NCBI GenBank assembly: GCA_963813635.1
Contig: CAWEZO010000008.1
Span: 70,193 to 134,192, forward strand
Source: an uncultured Actinomycetes bacterium
GTDB lineage: Bacteria; Actinomycetota; Acidimicrobiia; IMCC26256; JBBRZM01
Reading direction: 5' to 3'
DNA length: 64,000 bases
Under the pieces are notes generated by a model. It searched no databases, had not been told where the DNA came from, and saw only the letters and a program-made list of their open reading frames with translations. The translations under genes and the position numbers were made by a program. Below are positions 11,751 to 20,706 of the stretch, piece after piece (position 1 is the first letter of the stretch; the number at the start of each line of letters is the position of its first letter).

Positions 11751-12410
11751 ATGGCCGAGTTCCACGACACGACCGAGGAGTACCTCGAGACGATCCTCGA
11801 GATCGAGGAAGAGGGCATCGTCCCGATCCGGGCGCGGCTCGTCGAGCGACTCGGCCTGTCGGCGCCGGCTGTCTCCGAAACCGTCAACCGGCTCGTGGAG
11901 CACGGCTACGCCGAGCTGCTCGACGACCGCACGCTTCGCCTCACGCCGAAGGGCCGCACGGTTGCGGTCTCGATCGTGCGCAAGCACCGCCTCGCCGAAC
12001 GGCTCCTCACCGACATCATCGGCCTCGAGTGGGAGAAGGTGCACCGCGAAGCCGACCGCTGGGAGCACGCGATCTCGGGCGATGTCGAAGAGAAGCTCGT
12101 CCTGCTGCTGGGTGATCCCGCGACGTGTCCGCATGGCAACCCGATCCCGGGGTCCAAGCAAAAGGTCGACACGACGCACTCGGTCACGCTGTCGAAGGCC
12201 AACCCTGGGGCGGTCACGGTGAAGCGCATCTCGGAGAAGATCGAGCTCGACGATTCCGCGCTTCGCCTACTCGCTGATGCCGCGTTGATTCCCGGATCAC
12301 CTGCTGTGGTCGTCGGTGCGGCCAACGACGGTGTGGTCGTCAAGACCGACGCCGGCGAGCAGACCGTGCCGAGCTACATCGCGGAGCTGATGTTCGTCGC
12401 TCCCGCGTAA
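11751..12410 (+). CDS. DtxR-family metalloregulator, Mn-type (MntR-like) with C-terminal SH3-like domain
   Basis: The sequence follows the DtxR/IdeR layout throughout. The site-2 positions read TEEYL (Glu where IdeR has Met10) and EADRWEH (Asp where IdeR has Cys102), as in Mn-responsive family members. Confidence 0.8.
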   Translation: MAEFHDTTEEYLETILEIEEEGIVPIRARLVERLGLSAPAVSETVNRLVEHGYAELLDDRTLRLTPKGRTVAVSIVRKHRLAERLLTDIIGLEWEKVHREADRWEHAISGDVEEKLVLLLGDPATCPHGNPIPGSKQKVDTTHSVTLSKANPGAVTVKRISEKIELDDSALRLLADAALIPGSPAVVVGAANDGVVVKTDAGEQTVPSYIAELMFVAPA

Positions 12411-12415
12411 ACGAC

Positions 12416-13264
12416 TCAGGCGCCCGCGGCAACCAGCACGAAGTCGGTGCCGAACCCGATGACGATGCCGAGCAACAGGCCCCACATCAGTTGTTCCTTG
12501 TGGCCGAGCTTTGCCCCGACGTTGAGCAGCTGCACGACGACATACAGGATCGAGCCGGCGGCGAGCGCGAGGAACGCCGTGTCGAGGGTCTCGCTGACCC
12601 ACGCCTGACCGACGATGGTCCCGACGAATGTCGGGCCGCCGCCGATGACTCCCATCGTCGCGAGGAACGCCCAAGTCGGACGGTCGGCTTCACCGGAGAG
12701 CGGCGCGCAGATCCCGAAGCCTTCGGTCGCGTTGTGCAGACCGAAGCCGACGATGAGCAGCAACGCGAGCTTGATCTCATTGTTCGCAGCCGACTGGCCG
12801 ATCGCCAGGCCCTCGGAAAAATTGTGGAGCCCGATGCCGAGCGCGATGAACAAGGCGAGTCGTTTCGGGTCGCTCAAACGAGCGATGCTGATGCGGGACA
12901 GCTCTTGTGTCGCGGCCGCACCCGGCCCGAAACGACGCCCTTGCGCCCGCGCTGCGAGCCACCGGTCGTAGTACACGAGGCCGAGGAGCCCGACGCCGAA
13001 CAACACCACGAAGACCACCGTCAGCCACAAGAAGTGCACCCACGACCCGTGGCTGGTCCGGCTCGCAGCGGTGAGTGCCTTCTCGACCGGCTCGATGCCG
13101 TGCTGGAAGACCTCGATGAGCAGGAAGATCAAGACTCCGGTCGCGACAGCGTTGAGGAGGGCCCGGGTCTCGCTGCTGAGATTGCGGAGCCGCCCGATCG
13201 GCAGGCCGAGAAAGATCGTGAACCCGGCGATCGCCCCGAGCAGCACCACGTTGGTTGACGACAT
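12416..13264 (-). CDS. ZIP-family divalent metal transporter (ZupT-like)
   Basis: A polytopic membrane ORF with the ZIP signatures GLHNFSEGLAIG and GLHNATEGFG. Confidence 0.85.
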   Translation of the reverse strand: MSSTNVVLLGAIAGFTIFLGLPIGRLRNLSSETRALLNAVATGVLIFLLIEVFQHGIEPVEKALTAASRTSHGSWVHFLWLTVVFVVLFGVGLLGLVYYDRWLAARAQGRRFGPGAAATQELSRISIARLSDPKRLALFIALGIGLHNFSEGLAIGQSAANNEIKLALLLIVGFGLHNATEGFGICAPLSGEADRPTWAFLATMGVIGGGPTFVGTIVGQAWVSETLDTAFLALAAGSILYVVVQLLNVGAKLGHKEQLMWGLLLGIVIGFGTDFVLVAAGA

Positions 13265-13367
13265 GTGTCGGGCCCCGGGGGTTGACTGTCCGACCGATTA
13301 CTAAGGGCAGCCTAACCAACGAAGGGCCGAGGGTCAACCCGGACCTTCTGCCTTGTTGGGGCCCTGC

Positions 13368-13643
13368 TCAGCCGCCGGCGACGGCCGGCACGATGCTCAC
13401 GGTCTGGCCCTCGGCGACCGCCGTCTCGAGGCCCTGCGCGAAGCGGATGTCCTCGTCGGCCACGAACACGTTCACGAACCGGCGAAGCTCGCCCTTGCCA
13501 TCGAACAGCCGCTCCGCGAAGCCGGGATGCTCGGACTCGAGTTGCTGGAGCACCTGGGCAACGGTGCCGGGGAGGAGCTTCACCTCGGACGCCCCGCCGG
13601 AGAGCTCGCGCAGCTGGGTCGGAATGCGGACGGAGACCGGCAT
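13368..13643 (-). CDS. MoaD/ThiS/CysO-family sulfur-carrier protein ending in Gly-Gly
   Basis: A 91-aa ORF whose C-terminus reads VSIVPAVAGG followed by the stop. It starts 3 nt after the stop of the ThrC-like gene. Confidence 0.75.
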   Translation of the reverse strand: MPVSVRIPTQLRELSGGASEVKLLPGTVAQVLQQLESEHPGFAERLFDGKGELRRFVNVFVADEDIRFAQGLETAVAEGQTVSIVPAVAGG

Positions 13644-13646
13644 CGG

Positions 13647-14892
13647 CTACTGCTCCTGGATCGTGTCGGCGGGAAATGCTTCGTGGAACGCATCGAGCGA
13701 CGGGCCGATGGTGGCGGTCGGCCCGACTTCGGCCGCGACAGCGTCGAGCGTCTTGAGCCCGTGGCCCGTGATGTACGCGACAACACGTTCGTCGGGCGTG
13801 ATGACACCCTGCTCCGCAAGGCGCTTGAGCGAGGCGATCGTGACGCCGCCGGCGGTCTCGGCGAAGATCCCCTCGGTGCGGGCGAGCAGCCGGATTCCTT
13901 CGACGACTTCGTCATCGGTGACCGCAGCGAGCGCGCCGCCGCTCTGGCGGACGGCGTCGAGGGCGAAGTAGCCGTCGGCCGGGTTACCGATCGCGAGCGA
14001 CTTGGCGATCGTGTCCGGCTTCACCGGCTTGATCGTGTCGGAGCGGTTGATCCACGCGGTCGCCACGGGCGAGCAGCCGGTTGCCTGCGCGCCCGACACC
14101 CGCACCTGCGGCTCGGCGTCGAGCAGGCCGACCGTGTGCAGCTCATGGAAGCCCTTGCGGATCTTCGTGAGAAGCGAGCCGCTCGCGACGGGCACGACGA
14201 CGTGATCGGGAGTCTGCCAGTCGAGCTGCTCCGCGGTCTCGAACGCGATGGTCTTCGAGCCTTCCGCGTAGTACGGCCGCACGTTGACGTTGACAAACGC
14301 CCATGGATACGTGCCGGCCAGCTCCGCACACAGCCGGTTGACGTCGTCGTAGTTGCCGTTGATCGCGACCACGTTGCCGCCGTACACGGCAGTGGTGACG
14401 ATCTTGGCCGCTTCGAGGTTGGCGGGTATGAACACGAAGCTGCGCAGCCCCGCGTGGGCAGCGTGCGCGGCCACAGAGTTGGCGAGATTGCCCGTCGACG
14501 CGCGACGCAGCGGTCTTGAAGCCGAACTCGAGCGCCTTCGACAACGCGACCGACGCGACGCGGTCTTTGAACGAGTTCGTGGGATTGAGAGTGTCGTTCT
14601 TGATCCACAGCTCGCCGAGCCCGATCGCGTTCGCGAGCCGATCGGCGCGCACGAGCGGTGTGCAACCCGCGCCGAGGTCGACGGCGTTGCCACGGTCGAC
14701 CGGCAGGAGATCGGCGTAGCGCCAGATCGTGCGCGGCCCGGCCGCGATCTTCTCGCGACTCATCGCCTTGGTGATCGCGTCGTAGTCGTAGGCGACCTCG
14801 AGCGGCCCGAAGCACCAGTCGCAGGTGTAGATCGGCGCGACCTCGTACTCGCGTCCGCATTCCCGACATCGCAGCCCTTGCACGTGCGCCAT
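13647..14892 (-). CDS. threonine-synthase-like PLP enzyme with N-terminal zinc ribbon, single-base frameshift near 14503
   Basis: ORFs 14143-14892 and 13647-14693 join at FKTAA / CASTGNLANSVAAH once one C is removed. The PLP-lysine motif NSFKDR is present. The N-terminus carries CRECGREY...CDWCFGP. Confidence 0.85.
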
Positions 14893-14984
14893 GGCGCGGT
14901 CTCCTCGCTCCGGGGGACCGGACGTGTGCCCGATCCCGTGCCTCGACGCGCCCTCGAGCGCCCCGAGCGGAAACCGCTGCGGAG

Positions 14985-15090
14985 GCTGCTCATCGTTCAG
15001 GCATTAGCACCTGGCCCAACCGGTTTCCCGGTGGAGCTGGTTGCCGCGGCGTCGTCGGGCCTGTCCCTCGGCCGCTCTTGATGAGCGCGT
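14985..15090 (-). promoter_or_regulatory. SAM-I-superfamily riboswitch aptamer (5' leader of the ThrC-like gene)
   Basis: The minus strand reads CUCAUCAAGAGCGGCCGAGGGACAGGCCCGACGACGCCGCGGCAACC...GGUGCUAAUGCCUGAACGAUGAG. The P1 strands sit at 15080-15085 and 14989-14994. An anti-SD-like CCUCC follows P1, and the SD GGAGCGAGGAG lies before the AUG at 14892. Confidence 0.85.
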
Positions 15091-15149
15091 GTATTTGGTA
15101 GAAACGGTAGCACTCCGGTTCCGCCCGTCTCGACCCATACAGTGCCGGT

Positions 15150-16076
15150 GTGCGCCTCGTCGATCCGCCCGCCGAGCATCCGGATCCCGGGCTGCTGGCA
15201 GCGCAGAAGCGCGAGCAGGGCCTCGGCATCTCGGTATGCCTGCCGGCCCGTAACGAGGAGGCGACGGTCGGCCACATCGTCGCGACGGTGCGCCGAAACC
15301 TGATGGAGCGGGTCGACGTCGTCGATGAGGTGGTCGTGCTCGACGACGGCTCGACCGATGCCACAGCCGAGGCGGCCCGCTGGGAAGGCGCTCGCGTGCT
15401 CGCGGTCGACGACGTGCTCCCCGATGCGGAGGCCGGCACGGGCAAGGGCAACGCCATGTGGAAGTCGCTGTACGCGTGCGACGGCGACATCGTGTGCTGG
15501 GTCGACGCCGACATCCGCAACTTCGGCGCGCACTTTGTCACCGCGCTGCTCGCGCCGCTCCTGCACCGGCCACAGGTTGCGTTCGTGAAGGGCTTCTATC
15601 GACGGCCATTGCACGGTGAGCCGTCAGGTGGCGGACGTGTGACCGAGCTGATGGCGCGGCCGGCACTGTCGCTCCTCTTCCCGTCGCTCACACCGTTCGT
15701 CCAGCCGCTCTCGGGTGAGTATGCGGGGCGCCGCAGGCTCCTCGAGACGTTGCCGTTCGTCGAAGGGTGGGGCGTCGACATCGGTTTGCTCGTCGACGTC
15801 GTCGCACGCGGCGGGATCGAGCGTGTTACACAGGCCGATCTCGGTGTTCGTGAGCACCGCAACCGCGGGCTCGACGAGCTCGGCGCGCCCGTGCTCGCGA
15901 TTCTCGCGACGGTCCTGCGGCGCGCCGGTTTCACGACCGCGGCGATCGAAGCGACGCTCGTGCGCTTCGACGACACGCTTGGCGAGCAACGGGTGCCCGT
16001 CGAGCTTCGCGAGCGGCCGCCGATGATCACCGTGCCCGAGTACCGCGCCAAGTTCGGACGCGAGCTCTCGGCGTAG
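15150..16076 (+). CDS. gpgS: glucosyl-3-phosphoglycerate synthase (GT81)
   Basis: The sequence follows the GpgS layout throughout, including ISVCLPARNEEATVG, VLDDGSTD, GKGNAMW, VDADI and GGRVTEL. Confidence 0.8.
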   Translation: MRLVDPPAEHPDPGLLAAQKREQGLGISVCLPARNEEATVGHIVATVRRNLMERVDVVDEVVVLDDGSTDATAEAARWEGARVLAVDDVLPDAEAGTGKGNAMWKSLYACDGDIVCWVDADIRNFGAHFVTALLAPLLHRPQVAFVKGFYRRPLHGEPSGGGRVTELMARPALSLLFPSLTPFVQPLSGEYAGRRRLLETLPFVEGWGVDIGLLVDVVARGGIERVTQADLGVREHRNRGLDELGAPVLAILATVLRRAGFTTAAIEATLVRFDDTLGEQRVPVELRERPPMITVPEYRAKFGRELSA

Positions 16077-16096
16077 TCAGGAGCGCGGCGATCACG

Positions 16097-16147
16097 CGTT
16101 CTTGCGTCGCAAACCGTGGTGACATCCCGGCTGTTGACGCAAGAATG
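16097..16147. repeat. long-loop inverted repeat between convergent gpgS and glycerate kinase (possible bidirectional terminator)
   Basis: The arms are CGTTCTTGCGTC and GACGCAAGAATG. They give a 12-bp stem (one G-U pair) with a 27-nt loop. Confidence 0.4.
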
Positions 16148-16160
16148 AAGTGGGCTCGGC

Positions 16161-17196
16161 CTAGTCGGCGTGACCGAGGGCGTGGCGGCCGGCTTCGAGC
16201 GCCGCTTCCTCGACAAGCAGCGCCGCCCGACTGAAGGCCTCGCCCGACTGGAAGACACGGTCGGTCAGCGCGAGCAGCTCCACATCGCCGCGCACGGAAA
16301 GCTCCTCAAGAGCTTCCGGCGTGACTTGGCCGACGATGACGGCCCGGTGCGCGACGCCCTCGTCGGCCGCCCAATCGAGCACGCCGCCCACGACCTTGCC
16401 CTCGAAGCTCGTCGTGTCGAGCTTGCCTTCGCCGGTGACCACCAATGCGGCTCCGTCCATGGCGGTTTCGAGCCCCGCCGCGCGGGCGACAACGTCGAAA
16501 CCCGGTTCGAGTTGCGCGCCGATGGCGGCGAGCCCGCCGGCAAGGCCCCCCGCGGCGCCGCCGCCCTCCAACGCGCGCACATCGACACGGGTGCGTTCGT
16601 CGTACTGCTCCGCCAGCCGTTCAAGGCGGCGTGTCAGGAGCGCGACCTGCGCGTCGGTCGCGCCCTTCTGGGGCGCAAACGTCGCTGCCGCGTCGACGAA
16701 CGTCGTGGCCACGTCGCATGCAACCGTGACGTCAAGGCCGGCGAGCGACCAGCCGAGCGCGTCGATCGCGCCGAGCCCGCCGTCGGTCGTGGCGCTCCCG
16801 CCGACCGCAACGACGATCCTGCGGGCACCGCCGCGCGCGGCAGCGGCAACCAGCTCGCCGGTCCCGCGACTCGTCGCTCGCAAAGGATCGTTTCGCGGTT
16901 CGACCAGCGCGAGCCCGCTCGCTTGTGCCATCTCGATGATCGCGGTGCCGTCCGACAGGAGACCCCAGCTTGCGTCGACCGGATCCCCGAGTGGGCCGCT
17001 GACGCGCGCCACGCGCTTCGAACCGCCGCGAGCCGCGAGCAGCGCATCGAGCGTGCCTTCGCCGCCGTCGGCGAGCGGCAACTCGCGCACGTCGTCGAAC
17101 CCGGCCCGGCGCAGACCCGCTCCGATGGCGCCGGCAGCACCCGCCGCGCTCGAGGGTGCCGCGGAACTTGTCGGGACACGCGAGGGCACAGGCCAT
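16161..17196 (-). CDS. glycerate kinase, single-base frameshift near 17155
   Basis: The N-terminus MACALACPDKFRGT (in the frame of ORF 16732-17388) continues as SSAAGAAGAIGAGLRRAGF...LADGGEGTLDAL in ORF 16161-17189. An extra C in the ACCCTCG run explains the shift. Confidence 0.8.
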
Positions 17197-17254
17197 GCGT
17201 AATAGATTGGCCCAACTCGGGGCGCTCGCCCCCTCGTCCCCGAAGGAACCCGCC

Positions 17255-18508
17255 GTGCTCGAACGTGTGCCCCTGCTCGAAAAGGAGCTCGCCCAGTACG
17301 CCGAGGTCGCAGGGGCCGATGCCATCGAGCGGATCCGGGCCGGGGCCGACCCGCTGCAAGGCGCCCGGGTGCTCCATATCAGCGCCACTGCCTACGGCGG
17401 CGGGGTCGCGGAGCTGCTGGCGACACACGTACCGCTCCTCCGCAACGCCGGCATCGACGCCGAATGGCAGGTGATGCGCGGGAGCGACGAGTTCTTCACG
17501 GTCACCAAGGCGGTGCACAACGCGTTGCAGGGCGGTGACGTCGAATGGACGCACGAGATGCAACGCATCTATCTCGAACGGGTACTCGACAACGCGCTGC
17601 TGATCGAGGGCGACTACGACTTCATCGTGGTGCACGACCCGCAGCCGGCCGCGCTCTTGGGCTTCTTGCAAGAAACCGGGAGGCTCACCAACGTCGACAC
17701 CCACTGGGTGTGGCGTTGCCATCTCGACCTCACCGCTGCCGACCCGACGGTGTGGGAGTTCCTTCGTCCCTACATCGAGATGTACGACGCGTCCGTCTGG
17801 ACCATGGCCGAGTTCGTGCCCGAATCGCTGTCGATGCACAGGGTCGTGCACGCGCCCCCGTGCATCGACCCGCTCTCGGTGAAGAACCTCGATCTCGCCC
17901 GTCCTTTTTGCGAGGAGATCACCAAGCAGTACGGCGTCGACCTGCGACGGCCGATCGTCTGCCAGGTGAGCCGCTTCGATCCGTGGAAGGACCCGGTCGG
18001 CGTGATCGCGGCGTTCCGGATCATCAAGGAGCGCGTCACCGACGCCCAGCTCGTGCTCGCGGGCTCGATGGCCACCGACGATCCCGAGGGATTCCATGTG
18101 TGGGAGCTCACGGAAACCGCGCGTGACGGCGATCGCGACATCCACCTCCTCTCCAACATCCAGCAGGTCGGCTCGGTGCAGATCAACGCGTTCCAGCGGG
18201 TCGCCGACGTCGTCATCCAGAAATCGTTGCGAGAGGGATTCGGGCTGACGGTGAGCGAAGCGCTCTGGAAGTCCCGACCGGTCGTCGGGGGGCGGGCCGG
18301 CGGCATCGCATTGCAGCTTCGCGACGGCTACGACGGCTTCCTCGTCAACTCGATCGAGGAATGCGCCGCGCGCACGATCGACCTGCTGGCCGATCCGGTC
18401 GGCGCCGACGCGATGGGCATGCAGGGCCGGGAACACGTGCGCGATAACTTCCTGTCGACACGAGAGATGGAAGACTGGCTGCGCTTGTTCTCGGAGTTGC
18501 GCAAATGA
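17255..18508 (+). CDS. treT: trehalose glycosyltransferring synthase TreT-like (GT4)
   Basis: The ORF is collinear with archaeal and Rubrobacter TreT as I remember them: SATAYGGGVAELL, FFTVTKAVHNALQG, VVHDPQPAAL, WRCHLDL, SRFDPWKDP, REGFGLTVSEALWK. I chose GTG 17255 as the start. The alternative ATG at 17195 would overlap the glycerate kinase start. Confidence 0.7.
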   Translation: MLERVPLLEKELAQYAEVAGADAIERIRAGADPLQGARVLHISATAYGGGVAELLATHVPLLRNAGIDAEWQVMRGSDEFFTVTKAVHNALQGGDVEWTHEMQRIYLERVLDNALLIEGDYDFIVVHDPQPAALLGFLQETGRLTNVDTHWVWRCHLDLTAADPTVWEFLRPYIEMYDASVWTMAEFVPESLSMHRVVHAPPCIDPLSVKNLDLARPFCEEITKQYGVDLRRPIVCQVSRFDPWKDPVGVIAAFRIIKERVTDAQLVLAGSMATDDPEGFHVWELTETARDGDRDIHLLSNIQQVGSVQINAFQRVADVVIQKSLREGFGLTVSEALWKSRPVVGGRAGGIALQLRDGYDGFLVNSIEECAARTIDLLADPVGADAMGMQGREHVRDNFLSTREMEDWLRLFSELRK

Positions 18509-19881
18509 TCATCGTCTCGCATCGCGGCCCGTACCGCTTCGCGTTGCAGGCGGACGGCACCTTTCGGGCGGAGCCCGGCGCGGGCGGCATCGCGAGCGCG
18601 TTGGCGCCGCTCGTTCTCGGAACTGGCGACATCACCTGGGTCGCTGCGACAATGAACGACGACGATCGCGCCGCGGTGCGGGAAGGTGCAGCGGTCGTGC
18701 ATGGCGTCGACCTCCAGCTGCTCGCACTCGATCCCGAGTTGCACCGCCTGCACTACGACGTCGTCTCGAACGCGACGTTGTGGTTTCTGTTGCACGGCAT
18801 GTTCGACCTTCCGCGGCGGCCGCGAATCGACCGTCGGTTCCGGGAGGCGTGGGACGCCTACGTGAGCGTCAATCAGGTGTTCGCCGACCGGGTCGCCGAG
18901 TCGGCCCAACCCGCGGAGATCGTGCTCGTACAGGACTACCAGCTCGCCCTCGTTCCCGGGATGGTGCTCGCCCGCCGTCCCGATCTACGCGTCGTGTTCT
19001 TCATCCACACACCGTTCTGCGGGCCGACCTCCATGCGCGTCCTCCCCGATGACGTCGCCTGGGAGCTGTGCGACTCCATGAGCCGGGTGCGGAGCGGCTT
19101 CCATACCAAGCGATGGGCCCGCAGCTATGAGGCGTCGGCGTCGGCGACGATCGGTTCCGGCTCTCCCGTCGCGCCCGCGTTCAGCGCCCCGCTGGGCATT
19201 GATCGTCAGGCGCTCGACGCGGTCGCATCCTCAGAAGCCGTGCGAGCCGAGGTTGCAGCGCTCGACGAGCTCGTCGGCGACCGGAGCCTCATCCTTCGGT
19301 CGGATCGCATCGACCCGTCGAAGAACATCGTGCGGGGGTTCCACGCGTACGACGCGCTGCTCGCCGACCAGGCGCAGTGGCGTGAGCGAGTGGTATTCGT
19401 GGCCATGCTCAACGCCTCGCGCCAAGGGCTGGCCGAGTATCTGGCATACCACCAGGAGGTGGAGGACGCCGCGGCGCGTGTCAACGAGCGGTGGGCGACG
19501 CGCGACTGGCAACCAATCGTGCTCGACACCCGCGACAATTACGAGCGCAGCGTCGCGGGACTGACGCGCTACGACGTGCTGCTCGTCAACTCAATGAGCG
19601 ATGGGCTCAACCTCGTGGCCAAGGAAGGTCCGGCCGTCAACCGACACAACGGCACTGTCTGCCTCTCGCGAGAGGCCGGCGCATACGAAGAGCTCCATGA
19701 CGCCGTGATGCCGGTGCACCCGTTCGACCTGCAGCAGACCGCAGACGCTTTGCACCAGGCGCTTTCGGCATCGAGCGAGGAACGAGCGGCGCGCGCCGCG
19801 GCACTGCGCGATCTCGCCACGGCGCGCACGTCTCGCGATTGGCTCGACGATCTGGTGCGGGAAGCCGCGCTCACGCGCTGA
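18505..19881 (+). CDS. otsA: trehalose-6-phosphate synthase-like glycosyltransferase (GT20, OtsA)
   Basis: The sequence follows the GT20 layout, with VQDYQLALVP, FFIHTPF, RSDRIDPSKN and LVNSMSDGLNLVAKE. Its ATG overlaps the treT stop as ATGA. Confidence 0.8.
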   Translation: MIIVSHRGPYRFALQADGTFRAEPGAGGIASALAPLVLGTGDITWVAATMNDDDRAAVREGAAVVHGVDLQLLALDPELHRLHYDVVSNATLWFLLHGMFDLPRRPRIDRRFREAWDAYVSVNQVFADRVAESAQPAEIVLVQDYQLALVPGMVLARRPDLRVVFFIHTPFCGPTSMRVLPDDVAWELCDSMSRVRSGFHTKRWARSYEASASATIGSGSPVAPAFSAPLGIDRQALDAVASSEAVRAEVAALDELVGDRSLILRSDRIDPSKNIVRGFHAYDALLADQAQWRERVVFVAMLNASRQGLAEYLAYHQEVEDAAARVNERWATRDWQPIVLDTRDNYERSVAGLTRYDVLLVNSMSDGLNLVAKEGPAVNRHNGTVCLSREAGAYEELHDAVMPVHPFDLQQTADALHQALSASSEERAARAAALRDLATARTSRDWLDDLVREAALTR

Positions 19882-20653
19882 GCGCGCCGGCCACCTGATC
19901 GAGCAGCGCCGCCAACCCGAGCGGGCCGTCCACGACGACGTCGGCAGCGTCGAGCACCTCCTTCGGCGCCTCCGGTGAGCTGACCACGATCTTGGCGCCG
20001 TGCGCCAGCGAACCCGCGGCAACAAGTCGATCGATCGCCGCGAACGTGGGGATGTCACCACGATCGTCGCCCGCGAACGCAACCGCGTCGAAACCGGTGG
20101 CGAGCATCTCGACCCCGTCGCCCTTGTCGAGGTCGATCGGTGGCCGGAGCTCGACGGCCATGCGGCCGCGCTGCGGCGCGTCGAATCCAAACTCCTCGTG
20201 CAGCCGCTGGGCTTCGGCGCGCACGTCGGCCTCGCGGCTCGGGTCCTGGCGCCAGTGCAACGTGAGGCTCACGCCTTGCTTGCGTTCGACCAGAAGGCCC
20301 GGTAGCGCCACTTCGGCTTCGTCCGCGGCACGGGCGAACTGGTCGCGCCAGGGCTCGACGCGGTGATCAATGGCGACCCGACCGTCGATCCAGCGCTCGA
20401 ACCCGTAAAGCCCGACGTACTCGACTCCGTCGAGTCCCACCTCCCGACGGAGAAACTCGACCGAGCGGCCACTGATCACACCGACCCGCCCGAGCCGTCC
20501 GACAAGGCGAGCGAGCGCGTCCCGGGCCGCCGGTAGGGCGACCGCTGCCGCAGGGTCGTCGACGATCGGCGAGAGCGAGCCGTCGAAGTCGACCAGCACC
20601 GCCGCCCGGGCCGGGTGCTGCGCGAACGGGCGGAGTGCCGGCGGCAGTGTCAT
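19871..20653 (-). CDS. otsB: trehalose-phosphatase (HAD family, OtsB)
   Basis: The last 260 aa of ORF 19871-21304, starting MTLPPALRPF, form the gene. HAD motif I is LVDFDGSL and a later motif is FAGDDRGD. The gene converges on otsA with an 11-nt overlap. Confidence 0.75.
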   Translation of the reverse strand: MTLPPALRPFAQHPARAAVLVDFDGSLSPIVDDPAAAVALPAARDALARLVGRLGRVGVISGRSVEFLRREVGLDGVEYVGLYGFERWIDGRVAIDHRVEPWRDQFARAADEAEVALPGLLVERKQGVSLTLHWRQDPSREADVRAEAQRLHEEFGFDAPQRGRMAVELRPPIDLDKGDGVEMLATGFDAVAFAGDDRGDIPTFAAIDRLVAAGSLAHGAKIVVSSPEAPKEVLDAADVVVDGPLGLAALLDQVAGALSA

Positions 20654-20706
20654 CGAGGCGTTCTCGGCCCCACGGGCGACGTCACGACCGGGCGCACGAG
20701 ATGTGA

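Noticed and set aside
17181-17219. Weak palindrome (CGAG..GGCCA-TGCGTAATAGAT-TGGCC..CTCG) at the glycerate kinase / treT divergent starts, considered as another ATAG-centred element.
   Set aside because: The stems are only 4-5 bp with an asymmetric internal loop. There is no arm similarity to the 54-56 kb elements. It overlaps the coding starts, so it is probably coincidental.
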